Origin: Elusimicrobiota bacterium
Lineage (GTDB): Bacteria > Elusimicrobiota > Elusimicrobia > UBA1565 > UBA9628
Assembly (NCBI GenBank): GCA_016209035.1
Contig: JACQWX010000037.1
Span: forward strand, 34,593-98,592
Direction of reading: 5' to 3'
Length of the DNA stretch: 64,000 nucleotides
The notes below the pieces were generated by a model that saw nothing but the letters and a program-made list of their open reading frames with translations, was not told the DNA's origin and did no database searches. Every line of letters starts with the position of its first letter. Within the stretch, counting starts at the first letter, position 1. Made by a program: the position numbers and the translations under genes. Of this stretch, positions 47,599 to 59,029 are shown piece after piece.

Positions 47599-47616
47599 GA
47601 GCCGACGAGGGGATTC

Positions 47617-49158
47617 ATGGCAATTCGTCCAGAAGAGATCACGGGAGTCATCCGCAAGCAGCTGGAGGGTTTCCGCGGGGGGATGGAGCTGCGCGAGGAG
47701 GGGACCGTCCTGCAGGTCGGAGACGGCATCGCTCGGGTCTTCGGCCTGGAGAGAGCCATGGCGGGCGAGCTCCTGGAGTTCCCGCACGGCGTGCGGGGGA
47801 TGGTGCTCAACCTCGAGAAGGAGAACGTGGGATGCGTCCTGCTCGGGCCCGCCGAGCTGATCCATGAAGGCGACCCCGTCAAGCGCACGGGCCGGGTCAT
47901 GGAGGTCCCGGTCGGAGACGCCATGGTCGGCCGGGTCGTCAACCCGCTGGGCCAGCCGCTCGACGGCAAGGGGCCCATCGAGACCTCCTCGACGAGGCTC
48001 ATCGAGGTCGTGGCCCCCGGGGTGGTGGAGCGCGAGCCCGTGAACGTGCCCCTGCAGACCGGCATCAAGGCCGTCGACGCGATGATCCCGATCGGACGCG
48101 GGCAGCGCGAGCTCATCATCGGCGACCGGCAGACCGGCAAGACCGCCATCGTCCTCGACACCATCCTCAACCAGAAGGCCCAGCCCAACCGTCCGATCTG
48201 CATCTACGTCGCCATCGGCCAGAAGCAGTCCACCGTGGCCGCGGTGGCCAAGACCCTGGAAGACGCCGGCGCCATGGAGTACTCCATCATCGTGTCCGCC
48301 ACGGCCGCCGACCCGGCTCCTCTGCTCTACATCGCCCCCTACGCCGGCTGCGCCATCGGAGAGGAGTTCCTGTGGAAGGGGAAAGACGTCGTGGTCTTCT
48401 ACGACGACCTCTCCAAGCACGCCCAGGCCTACCGCCAGCTCTCGCTGCTCCTGCGCCGGCCCCCGGGCCGGGAAGCCTATCCCGGAGACGTCTTCTACCT
48501 GCACTCCAGGCTCCTGGAGCGCGCCTGCAAGCTGAGCTCGAAGAACGGCGGCGGGTCGCTCACGGCCCTGCCCATCATCGAGACCCAGGCCGGCGACGTG
48601 TCGGCCTACATCCCCACCAACGTCATCTCGATCACGGACGGGCAGATTTACCTCGAGTCGGGCCTGTTCTACTCGGGGGTCCGGCCGGCCGTCAACGTCG
48701 GGCTGTCCGTCTCGAGGGTCGGCGGCGCGGCCCAGACCAAGGCCATGAAGCAGGTCGCGGGGAAGCTGCGCATCGATTTGGCCCAGTTCAACGAGCTGGC
48801 GGCCTTCGCCCAGTTCGGCTCGGAGATGGACAAGGCCTCGCAGGCACAGCTGGCGCGGGGAGAGCGCCTGGTGGAGCTCCTCAAGCAGGACCAGTTCCGG
48901 CCGCTGGCGCTGGAGGACCAGGTGGTCGCGATCTTCGCGGGCGTCAACGGCTACCTCGACGATCTGCCGGTGGACGCGGTGAAGAAGTTCGCGGCCGGGT
49001 TCGCCGAGCACCTGCGTCGCGGCCATCCGGACATCCTCGCCGAGATCGCCGGGAAGAAGGTCGTCTCGGACGAGCTGCGGGGAAGGCTGGCTGCGGCGGC
49101 CGAGGAATTCAAGAAGCAGTCCGCGGCGGCCGGGGCCGGGTCGCAGATGAAGGCCTAG
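47617..49158 (+). CDS. atpA: F0F1 ATP synthase subunit alpha
   Basis: 513 aa with Walker A GDRQTGKT. Confidence 0.95.
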   Translation: MAIRPEEITGVIRKQLEGFRGGMELREEGTVLQVGDGIARVFGLERAMAGELLEFPHGVRGMVLNLEKENVGCVLLGPAELIHEGDPVKRTGRVMEVPVGDAMVGRVVNPLGQPLDGKGPIETSSTRLIEVVAPGVVEREPVNVPLQTGIKAVDAMIPIGRGQRELIIGDRQTGKTAIVLDTILNQKAQPNRPICIYVAIGQKQSTVAAVAKTLEDAGAMEYSIIVSATAADPAPLLYIAPYAGCAIGEEFLWKGKDVVVFYDDLSKHAQAYRQLSLLLRRPPGREAYPGDVFYLHSRLLERACKLSSKNGGGSLTALPIIETQAGDVSAYIPTNVISITDGQIYLESGLFYSGVRPAVNVGLSVSRVGGAAQTKAMKQVAGKLRIDLAQFNELAAFAQFGSEMDKASQAQLARGERLVELLKQDQFRPLALEDQVVAIFAGVNGYLDDLPVDAVKKFAAGFAEHLRRGHPDILAEIAGKKVVSDELRGRLAAAAEEFKKQSAAAGAGSQMKA

Positions 49159-49160
49159 AC

Positions 49161-51525
<2,365 letters not shown>

Positions 51526-51550
51526 TGGATAGGCGCCTATCACCCTCGCT

Positions 51551-51985
51551 ATGAAGAAGCTTCGCTTCGAGATGATCACGCCGGAGCGCCCGGTGCTCGA
51601 ATGCGACGCCGAGTTCGTGGCGCTGCCGGCCTACGAGGGGGAGATGGGCGTGCTCCCGGGCCACGCGCCTTTCCTGGTGCAGCTCACGCCCGGGGCGGTG
51701 CGCGTCACCATCAACGGCGACGTCGTCTTCTTCGCCGTGTCCGGGGGGTTCGCCGAGATCGAAGGCGGCAAGGTCTCCATCTTCGTCGAGACGGCGGAGA
51801 TGGCCGACGCGATCGACGAGGAGCGCGCCGGCCAGGCGCTCGAGAAGGCCAAGGCGCAGGCGCACCGCCGCGGCGGGGCGGACTCACTCACGCTGGCCGA
51901 GGCCGAGTCCGCCATGCGGCGCGCCCAGGTCCGGCTCAAGGTGGCGGGGCTGCGCCGCCCGCGCACCCGCCCCAAGGGCGGCTGA
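51551..51985 (+). CDS. atpC: F0F1 ATP synthase subunit epsilon
   Basis: 144 aa, LRFEMITPERPV...LPGHAPFL. Confidence 0.9.
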   Translation: MKKLRFEMITPERPVLECDAEFVALPAYEGEMGVLPGHAPFLVQLTPGAVRVTINGDVVFFAVSGGFAEIEGGKVSIFVETAEMADAIDEERAGQALEKAKAQAHRRGGADSLTLAEAESAMRRAQVRLKVAGLRRPRTRPKGG

Positions 51986-53040
51986 TGCCCCTGACCTCCT
52001 GGGCCGACCTGGCCATGGCGGGCTTAAGCCACCGCGAGGCCAAGGTGGCCCTGCGCGAGCGGCTCAGCATCAAGGCGGGTGAGCTGCCGGCCGCGCTCGA
52101 CGAACTGGGCCGGGACGGGACGCTCGCCGGGGTGGTCGCGGTGTCCACCTGCAACCGCCTCGATCTCTACGCCAGCGCCCGTGACGGCGAGGCGGCCGTC
52201 CGGTCCCTGAGCGCGTTCTTCGCCCGCCGCTGCCCCGGCGTCGAGAAGGTCCTGGCGGCCCGGCGCGGCGCCGACGCGCTGCGGCACCTGTTCCGGGTGG
52301 CGGCCGGCCTGGACTCCATCGTGGTGGGGGAACATCAGGTGCTCGGCCAGGTCAAGGCCGCCTACCAGCAGTCCGTGGAGACCGGGCACGCTGACAAGCT
52401 GCTCAACAAGGTCTTCCAGGCCGCGTTCGCCGCCGGCAAGCAGGTCCGCGCCTGCACCGGTATCAGCCAAGGCATCTCGAGCTGCGGGGGAGCGGCCGTG
52501 GCCATGGCGGAGAAGATCCTGTCATGCGGCGAGGGCCCCAGGCGCGTCCTTCTGGTGGGGGCGGGCAAGATGGCTGAGACCGCGGCCCAGCACATGCTCG
52601 ACCGACCGAGAGCCTCCCTGACCATCGCCAACCGCGACGTCGAGCGGGCGCGGGAGCTGGCCGGCCGGTTCGCAGCCCGGGCCGTGAGCCTGGAGGAAGG
52701 CATGGCCGCGATCGGCGACATGGACGTCATCATCGCGTCCACGGCCTGTCCGCACTATGTCGTCACGAAGGACAGGCTCGCGGAGCTGGCCCTTCGCCGC
52801 GGCGGAAGACCTCTGGTCGTCATCGACTTGGGCGTGCCGCGCAACGTGGACCCCGCTTCGGCCGGGCTGCCGGGCGTCCACCTCTACGACGTGGACGACC
52901 TGGAGGCCGTCATCGCCGGTTCCCTGGCCAGGCGCCGGGGCGAAATCGAGGCGGCGGAGGCCATCCTATCCGTGCTGAGCGGCGAGCTTTGCGCCTCGCT
53001 GTCCTGCGAGCCTGCTCCAGCCGGCTTGGAGCTGCTTTAG
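51985..53040 (+). CDS. hemA: Glutamyl-tRNA reductase, short form (C-terminal dimerisation region largely absent)
   Basis: The ATG shares 1 nt with the atpC stop (TGATG). Catalytic VSTCNRLDLY, GLDSIVVGEHQVLGQVK, NADPH fold VLLVGAGKMAE. 351 aa against roughly 420-440 in well-studied HemA proteins. Confidence 0.8.
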   Translation: MPLTSWADLAMAGLSHREAKVALRERLSIKAGELPAALDELGRDGTLAGVVAVSTCNRLDLYASARDGEAAVRSLSAFFARRCPGVEKVLAARRGADALRHLFRVAAGLDSIVVGEHQVLGQVKAAYQQSVETGHADKLLNKVFQAAFAAGKQVRACTGISQGISSCGGAAVAMAEKILSCGEGPRRVLLVGAGKMAETAAQHMLDRPRASLTIANRDVERARELAGRFAARAVSLEEGMAAIGDMDVIIASTACPHYVVTKDRLAELALRRGGRPLVVIDLGVPRNVDPASAGLPGVHLYDVDDLEAVIAGSLARRRGEIEAAEAILSVLSGELCASLSCEPAPAGLELL

Positions 53041-53405
53041 CCCTTCTTCGCCGCTTCTTTGATCTTCTGAAGCAGGACTTCCAGGTCCACGGGCTTCTCC
53101 AGCAGGTCGGCGCGCTCCCGCGATTCGCCGGCGAGCTCTTCGGGCGGGGCTCCGTGGCCGGTGATCAGGATGACGGGCAGGCCGGGGCGCTCCCGCTTGA
53201 TGACATCGAAGACCTCGTCGCCGCTCATGCCCGGCAGCTTGAGGTCCAGGACCACGACGTCGAACGCCTCCTTCCGGACCATCTCGATCGCCTTCGCGCC
53301 GTTCAAGGCGCATTTGGCCTCGATGTCCCGGAAGGCCAGCCGGTCCGCCAGCGCGGAGACCAAGTCTTCCTCGTCGTCCACCAAGAGCACTTTAAGCGAG
53401 CTCAC
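53037..53405 (-). CDS. Single-domain (CheY-like) response regulator
   Basis: VLLVDDEED...VVVLDLKLPGMSG...LEKPV. The convergent 4-nt overlap is with the hemA stop. Confidence 0.88.
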   Translation of the reverse strand: MSSLKVLLVDDEEDLVSALADRLAFRDIEAKCALNGAKAIEMVRKEAFDVVVLDLKLPGMSGDEVFDVIKRERPGLPVILITGHGAPPEELAGESRERADLLEKPVDLEVLLQKIKEAAKKG

Positions 53406-53427
53406 CTGTCTCTCCTTTCCTTTTCAG

Positions 53428-55119
53428 CTAGGCCGGCGATCTGATTGGCAGGGTCACCGTGAAGGTGGTCCCGACCCCCGGCTTGCTCTCGACGCCGATG
53501 GTCCCGCCGAGCTTGGCCACGATGTCGCGGGTGATCGAGAGCCCCAACCCCGTTCCGAATTCTCCCTTCGTCGAGAAGAAGGGCTCGAAGATGTGCCTGA
53601 TGTTCGCCTCCGAGATGCCTTGCCCGTTGTCCGCGACGGAGACGGCCACCTGGTCGGCGCCGGTCTGGCGGAGCCCGATCTCGATGCGCCCCCCGTCGGA
53701 GACGGCCGCCAGGGCGTTGCTCAGGATGTTGAGGAACACCTGCTGCAGCTGGCCGCGGTCGCTCTCGATCGCCGGGACCGAGCCCGGGAAGGAGTAGCTG
53801 ATCCGGACGTTGCGGTGGAGGGCCTCGGTCTTCTGGAAACCGGCGACCTCCTCGAGCAGCTTGTCGAGATACATGGGCTCCCTTCGAATGCCCATGCGCT
53901 TGGCGAACCCCAGCAGGCGGTGGGTGACCTCGCCGCAGCGCGCTACGGATTTCTGGATGGACTGCACGAGGCTCAGCGTCTTTTCCTTGTGCGGATGGTC
54001 CTCCGAGAAGACCGCCATGTCCTTGAGGAGCCCGGCGTTCTCGTTGATGATGGCCAGGGGATTGTTGATCTCGTGGGCGACGCTGGCCGCCATGCGGCCG
54101 ATGGTCGCGAGCTTGTTCGTGTACTCCAGGTCATGGAGCGCCCTGGCGCGGCGCGCGTCGGCCTGCCGCAGGCTGCTGACGATCCGGTTGGAGCTGTAGA
54201 GCATGACCGCGAAGATCATTGCGATGCTGACCCCGAGGAACCAGAACATGCTGGCCCGAAGGCCCAGCCAGGCCCCGAAGGGGTCGAGCCGCCGCTTGAC
54301 GACCACGAGGATGAAGGGCGTCCTCTCGATGGCCGCGAAGCCCGCGGTCGTCCAGGCGCCGTCCTCGCGGTACTCCTCCAGGACCTCGGCCTCGCGCGCC
54401 TGCGAGGGGACCACGATGCCCGATTTCTTCAGGGCTGGCCCGTAGAGAGCCGAGTCCGTCTGGAGGACGCCGTCCCGGCTGACGATGAACGCGTCCGTCC
54501 GCCGGTCCACGTCCGGGGCGTAGAGGCGGCTGTTGATGACCGCCATGTCGATCGTCGCCCGGAGGATGAAGAAGTCGTCGGGCCCCTTCTTCTGCCGGAC
54601 CCCGATGATGAAGTGGGGGAAGTCGCGGTAGCCCATGAAGACTTCGCTGAGGAACGTCCCGCGCAGCACCACCTCGTGGAACCAGTCCTGCCCCTTGTAG
54701 TTCCTCCCCTTGAGATCGTAGGGGCCGGAATAGGAGACCTGGTCTCCCTTGGAGCTGATCACCCCCAGGTCCACGAACCCGCCGAAGGCATCCTGCAGAT
54801 GCCGGAGCTTCGCGGCCAGGGCGCCGTCGCTCGAGAGCCTCTCGTATGGGTTCTCGCTCAGCACGAGGGATAGGGCGCCGCGGCGCTCCTCGAAGGCGCT
54901 TTCGAGCCTGCGCCGCGCGGTGGAGAGGATGCGGCTGACGGAGAGCCGGCTCTCGACCCGGAGGGCCTCCCTGGTGTGCCAGTAGTCCACGGCCGTCATG
55001 ATGGCCAGGGGAACGACGGCTGCCAGGCAGGTGACGAGGGCTGTGGACCGCATGATGGCCTGGTAGCGGGATTCCTCCCCGCCCGGGGCGATGCTCTCCG
55101 GCTTCTCGGGGGGCGTCAT
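53428..55119 (-). CDS. Sensor histidine kinase with Cache-like extracytoplasmic domain
   Basis: 563 aa with two TM helices. H-box ASVAHEINNPLAII, plus NILSNALAAV, DNGQGIS and GTGLGLS. Confidence 0.85.
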   Translation of the reverse strand: MTPPEKPESIAPGGEESRYQAIMRSTALVTCLAAVVPLAIMTAVDYWHTREALRVESRLSVSRILSTARRRLESAFEERRGALSLVLSENPYERLSSDGALAAKLRHLQDAFGGFVDLGVISSKGDQVSYSGPYDLKGRNYKGQDWFHEVVLRGTFLSEVFMGYRDFPHFIIGVRQKKGPDDFFILRATIDMAVINSRLYAPDVDRRTDAFIVSRDGVLQTDSALYGPALKKSGIVVPSQAREAEVLEEYREDGAWTTAGFAAIERTPFILVVVKRRLDPFGAWLGLRASMFWFLGVSIAMIFAVMLYSSNRIVSSLRQADARRARALHDLEYTNKLATIGRMAASVAHEINNPLAIINENAGLLKDMAVFSEDHPHKEKTLSLVQSIQKSVARCGEVTHRLLGFAKRMGIRREPMYLDKLLEEVAGFQKTEALHRNVRISYSFPGSVPAIESDRGQLQQVFLNILSNALAAVSDGGRIEIGLRQTGADQVAVSVADNGQGISEANIRHIFEPFFSTKGEFGTGLGLSITRDIVAKLGGTIGVESKPGVGTTFTVTLPIRSPA

Positions 55120-55123
55120 CGCC

Positions 55124-56371
55124 CTACGCCCGGCCCCTGTCGCTCGTGTCCTCGCCTCCCTTCGCCCGGGCCTCGCCCACCTTGCGGTAGGCGTCCCGCA
55201 TGGCCTGGGCCAGCACCTCGATGTTGACGGGCTTGTGCAGATAGGCGAACGCCCCGAGATCGGCCGCCATCTTCTCCTCGGCCTCCGAGCCGTGGCCCGT
55301 CAGGATGATGACCTCGATGTTCGGGTGGGTCTTCTTCAAGCGCCTGAGCACCTCGATGCCCCCGATGCCGGGCATCATGAGGTCGAGCACCATCACGTCG
55401 GGCTGATCGCTCTCCACGTACTCGAGCGCCTTCTCCCCGTCGTGGACGACGGCTGATTCCAGGTTGCGGGTCTTGAGGCGCTCGGAGAGCGTGGTCACGA
55501 ACTCCTTCTCGTCGTCCACGAGCAGGATCTTGGGCGGCAATTCCAGATTGGCCATGGTGTTGATCGAGGACACGCGGCACTTCGCTCCCAGCTGGACCTT
55601 CGCCCCGCTCACGCCGGGGACCCGCAGGGCAAGAGCCTTGAGCTCCTCCTGGTAGGACTGCATCCGCAGGACCTGGGCCTTGAGCGAGATGACGATCTCC
55701 CCGTGCCTGGCCGAGACCTCCACGTCGTGGTTGGCCCGCGCCAGGACGAGGTTGACCTGCGCGGCGAGTTGGAAGTCCCGCGCCGCCACCCGTGAGACCT
55801 CGGTCGTCGCGACCGCGGGGCCCCTGGCGGCGTCGCACACGAGCCCGGCCGCCTCCTCGACCGACCGGTCCTGCATCGGCACGACCAGGTCGTAGAGGCT
55901 CTCGTCGTAAGGGGGCTGGTCGAAAAGGAGCCGCGTCCACTGCAGGCGCTGGTCGTCGTCGCGGCGGATCAGGTCGGAGGCGGCATCCTCGGAGAGGCCC
56001 TCCGCGGCCGCGGCCTGCCGGACACGGTACGGGAAGTTGGCCGCGACGCACACGCGCAGGGCGTGGGAGATGGTGTTCGGGACCAGGAGCGCGGCGTACC
56101 CGAAGAGGAGCTTCCGGTCCTCCATGACGAGGTCGGCGAGCGCGGCCTTGAGGGCCGCGATGCTCTTCTCCCTCTCGCGGGTGAAGCTGTTCCAGAAGGG
56201 GGCGGGCCCAGTCATGGCGCGCGAGAGCTTGTCCTTCGGGAGCTCGAAGCGCCGCGAGGCCTCATCGAGAAGCTTGGAGTCGATGCGCTCGCAGCCCAGC
56301 TCCGAGGCGACCTTCTCGGCGACCGCTTCGCCGTGGCAATGTATCCCGCTGAAGACCGCGACAATGGCCAT
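55124..56371 (-). CDS. Cytidylate-kinase-like-family domain + BON-like domain + C-terminal receiver domain (paralog 3 of 4)
   Basis: ATG 56371, MAIVAVFSGIHCHGEAVAEKVASELGC, LFGYAALLVPNTISHALRVCVAANFPYRV. BON-like DVEVSARHGEIVISL...VPGVSGAKVQL. Receiver ILLVDDEKE...VMVLDLMMPGIGG...LHKPV. The upstream part of the 555-aa track ORF is not protein-like. Confidence 0.72.
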   Translation of the reverse strand: MAIVAVFSGIHCHGEAVAEKVASELGCERIDSKLLDEASRRFELPKDKLSRAMTGPAPFWNSFTREREKSIAALKAALADLVMEDRKLLFGYAALLVPNTISHALRVCVAANFPYRVRQAAAAEGLSEDAASDLIRRDDDQRLQWTRLLFDQPPYDESLYDLVVPMQDRSVEEAAGLVCDAARGPAVATTEVSRVAARDFQLAAQVNLVLARANHDVEVSARHGEIVISLKAQVLRMQSYQEELKALALRVPGVSGAKVQLGAKCRVSSINTMANLELPPKILLVDDEKEFVTTLSERLKTRNLESAVVHDGEKALEYVESDQPDVMVLDLMMPGIGGIEVLRRLKKTHPNIEVIILTGHGSEAEEKMAADLGAFAYLHKPVNIEVLAQAMRDAYRKVGEARAKGGEDTSDRGRA

Positions 56372-56431
56372 GGTCCATCCATCATACCGAACAACGGGAT
56401 TCAACGCAAGCGTCCGCCGTAGGCGCGTTTG

Positions 56432-56440
56432 TGTTATAAT
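56432..56440 (+). promoter_or_regulatory. Extended -10 element TGTTATAAT in the divergent intergenic region
   Basis: Perfect TATAAT (56435-56440) preceded by TGT, 23 nt before the ATG at 56463. The -35 region is poor. Confidence 0.4.
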
Positions 56441-56462
56441 CCATTCCGGCGGGCGGGAATCC

Positions 56463-57119
56463 ATGGCGAACGGGGAGCGTGAGCGCAGTCTACAGGACGC
56501 GGACTTGGCCTTTTTCGGGAAGGTCGCGGCCTCGATCTCGCACGAGCTCAACAACACCGCCTCCATCATCGAGCAGGCGGCCGGGCTCCTCGAGGACCTC
56601 TCAGCGGACGGCGGCCCGCCGCTCGAGAGATCCCGCGCCCGCGAGATCGCCGAGAGGATCGGCAAGCAGGCCAGGAGGGAGGGAGGGATCATCAAGAGGC
56701 TCAACTCCTTCGCCCACAGCGTCGACGAGCCGGAGCGCGAGATCGAGCTCGGCGAGGCGGCCCAGGCCGTGGCGGCCCTGGCCCTGCGCATGGCGCAGGG
56801 CAGGAAGGTCGCGCTCGAGGCCCGGCCCGGCGCCGGGCGGATCGTGATCAGGCGCAGTCCCTTCGGCGTGCTCCAGGCGCTCTACCTTTCCGTCGAGGAG
56901 GCCGTCGCGGCCTCGCCGCAGGGGAGCACGGTGACCCTCTCGGCCGAGGGGGCCGGCGCGGCCGCCGTGGTGGTCGAGGGCGGCTGCGGCGGGCAAGGGC
57001 CCGCCCCCGGCGACGCCTCCTTCCCCTCGATCGAGGCCTTGATGGGCCGGCTGGGGGGAAGGCTTTCGGTGTCGACCCGGGACGGCCGGCTCTCCATGCG
57101 GCTTACGTTCGGGTCCTAA
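56463..57119 (+). CDS. Soluble histidine-kinase-like protein: HisKA domain with a degenerate ATP-binding domain
   Basis: 218 aa. The H-box AASISHELNNTASII is present. The N-box Asn and G1/G2 glycine boxes are not recognisable in the C-terminal half (LQALYLSVEEAV, VVEGGCGGQG, GRLGGRL). Confidence 0.65.
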   Translation: MANGERERSLQDADLAFFGKVAASISHELNNTASIIEQAAGLLEDLSADGGPPLERSRAREIAERIGKQARREGGIIKRLNSFAHSVDEPEREIELGEAAQAVAALALRMAQGRKVALEARPGAGRIVIRRSPFGVLQALYLSVEEAVAASPQGSTVTLSAEGAGAAAVVVEGGCGGQGPAPGDASFPSIEALMGRLGGRLSVSTRDGRLSMRLTFGS

Positions 57120-57128
57120 GGAGCGGAC

Positions 57129-57560
57129 ATGGATCCGGTCAAAGTGCTGCTGGTGGACGACGAGGAGGAATTCACCAAGACCCTCTCGGAAAGGATGGAG
57201 GCCCGGGGCCTGAAAGTGCGCACGGCATCGAGCGGCCCCGCGGCCCTGGAGCTCCTCAAGGGCATGTCGTTCGACGCGATCGTCCTCGACATGATGATGC
57301 CGGGGATGGACGGGATCGAGACCCTCAGGCGCATCCGGGAGCTCGACGCGAGCCTGCAGATCATCCTGCTGACCGGCCGGGGCGACATCCAGAAGAGCGT
57401 GGAGGCGATGAAGCTCGGGGCCATGGACTTCCTCGAGAAGCCCGTGGACTTGGGGAAGCTCATGGAGGTCATCCGGGCCGCCCAGGAGAGGAAGAGGGGC
57501 CTCGACCGGGAGAGGACCCAGAAGTCCATCGACGACATCCTCGACTCCAAGGGCTGGTGA
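57129..57560 (+). CDS. Single-domain (CheY-like) response regulator
   Basis: VLLVDDEEE...AIVLDMMMPGMDG...LEKPV. The stop overlaps the start of the transporter gene by 4 nt. Confidence 0.88.
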   Translation: MDPVKVLLVDDEEEFTKTLSERMEARGLKVRTASSGPAALELLKGMSFDAIVLDMMMPGMDGIETLRRIRELDASLQIILLTGRGDIQKSVEAMKLGAMDFLEKPVDLGKLMEVIRAAQERKRGLDRERTQKSIDDILDSKGW

Positions 57561-59029
57561 TGCGGCTCGCCGAAGCCGGCCGGGGCATCGACTGGAAGCG
57601 GTTCGGGTTCATCCTGCTCGGCGTGGCGCTGTTTTGCCTCGCGTACTTCTCCCCTCCCTGGGCTCCCGCCGCCGATCCCCAAGGCACGCTCTTCGAGCTG
57701 ACGCGCGAGGGCAAGGCCGCGATCGCTCTTTTCCTGCTGGCCGGAGTCTGGTGGGTCTTTGAGGTCGTTCCCATCGGCGTGACGGGCATCGCGATCGGGG
57801 TCCTTCAGGCCTTGTTCCTGATCCGCCCGCCGCGCGAGGCCTTCGCTGACTTCATGGACCCGTCCGTCTGGTTCATCTTCGCCTCCCTGGTGATCGGGAT
57901 GGTGTTCACCAAGACCGGGCTGACCCAGCGCATGGCCTACAGGATGCTGGCCGTGGTCGGCGAGCGGACCAGCATGATCTACCTAGGCTGCTTCACGATG
58001 ACGGCCGGGCTGACCCTGATCATGGCCCACACGGCCGTGGCGGCCACGGTCTTCCCCCTGCTGGTGGCCATCTACTCCCTCTACGACGAGGACAACAGGC
58101 CCACCAGGTTCGGCAAGGGGCTCTTCATCGGGATGGCATTCGTGGCCGGGGCGGGGAGCGTCATGACCCTGCTGGGCTCCGCGCGCGGCGCGGTCGCGGT
58201 CGGGTTCTTCAAGAGCATGGCGGGCCGCGAGATCGCCTTCTTCGAGTTCTCCTACTACCTGGTCCCCGTGGGCCTCGTCATGGTCCTGCTGCTCTGGGGC
58301 TTCTGCATGGTCTTCTTCAAGCCCGAGCGCGCGACCATCCCCGGCCTGCGGGAGCGCGCCGTCGGCCTCTACGCGAAGCTCGGCCCCGTGACCGCCGTCC
58401 AGAAGCTCGCGCTGGCCATCGTGTTCGCCGCGATCCTGACGCTGCTCCTGCGCTCCTTCGTCCCCGCCTTGAACGCCCTCGACAAGAGCGCCGTCATGCT
58501 CGTCACCACGCTGCTGTTCTTCCTGTTCCCCGTCCTCACGGTGGAGGATCTCGAGAAGGTGCCCTGGAACATCGCGCTCCTCTTCGGCGGCGCCATGAGC
58601 ATCGGCTCTTGCCTCTGGCAGACGGGCGCCGCCAAATGGATCGCGCTCAAGTGGCTCCTCCTGTTCCAGGACGCCCATTGGCTCCTGTTCGTCATGGGGA
58701 TCGCCGCCCTGGTGCTCGTCATGACCAACTTCATCATGAACGTGGCCGCCATCGCCATCACGCTCCCCGTGGCCCTGGTCATGGCGCCCTACCTGGGCGT
58801 GGCGCCCGATGTCGTGTTCTACGCCTCCCTGGTCGCGGCCGGGATGCCGTTCATGCTCCTGGTGGGGGCCGCGCCCAACGCCATCGCCTACGAGAGCAAG
58901 CAGTTCACGCCGGGAGAGTTCTTCTTGGCGGGCGTCCCGGCGAGCGTCCTGCTCCTGGTCGTGTTGGGCCTGTTCGTCTCGTTCCTGTGGCCGATGCTCG
59001 GGATGCCGACCTTGACCGCGGTCCGCTAA
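57557..59029 (+). CDS. DASS/SLC13-type divalent anion:sodium symporter family transporter (candidate sulfate transporter)
   Basis: 490 aa, polytopic. WWVFEVVPIGVTGIAIGVL and the repeat-2 motif LLVGAAPNAIAYES are typical of the DASS family. Confidence 0.82.
   Translation: MMRLAEAGRGIDWKRFGFILLGVALFCLAYFSPPWAPAADPQGTLFELTREGKAAIALFLLAGVWWVFEVVPIGVTGIAIGVLQALFLIRPPREAFADFMDPSVWFIFASLVIGMVFTKTGLTQRMAYRMLAVVGERTSMIYLGCFTMTAGLTLIMAHTAVAATVFPLLVAIYSLYDEDNRPTRFGKGLFIGMAFVAGAGSVMTLLGSARGAVAVGFFKSMAGREIAFFEFSYYLVPVGLVMVLLLWGFCMVFFKPERATIPGLRERAVGLYAKLGPVTAVQKLALAIVFAAILTLLLRSFVPALNALDKSAVMLVTTLLFFLFPVLTVEDLEKVPWNIALLFGGAMSIGSCLWQTGAAKWIALKWLLLFQDAHWLLFVMGIAALVLVMTNFIMNVAAIAITLPVALVMAPYLGVAPDVVFYASLVAAGMPFMLLVGAAPNAIAYESKQFTPGEFFLAGVPASVLLLVVLGLFVSFLWPMLGMPTLTAVR

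Noticed and set aside
51985-53040. The short hemA as a pseudogene.
   Set aside because: The reading frame is intact and the catalytic and NADPH-binding motifs are present. The truncation coincides with a natural stop rather than a frameshift. It is treated as a short-form gene of uncertain significance.
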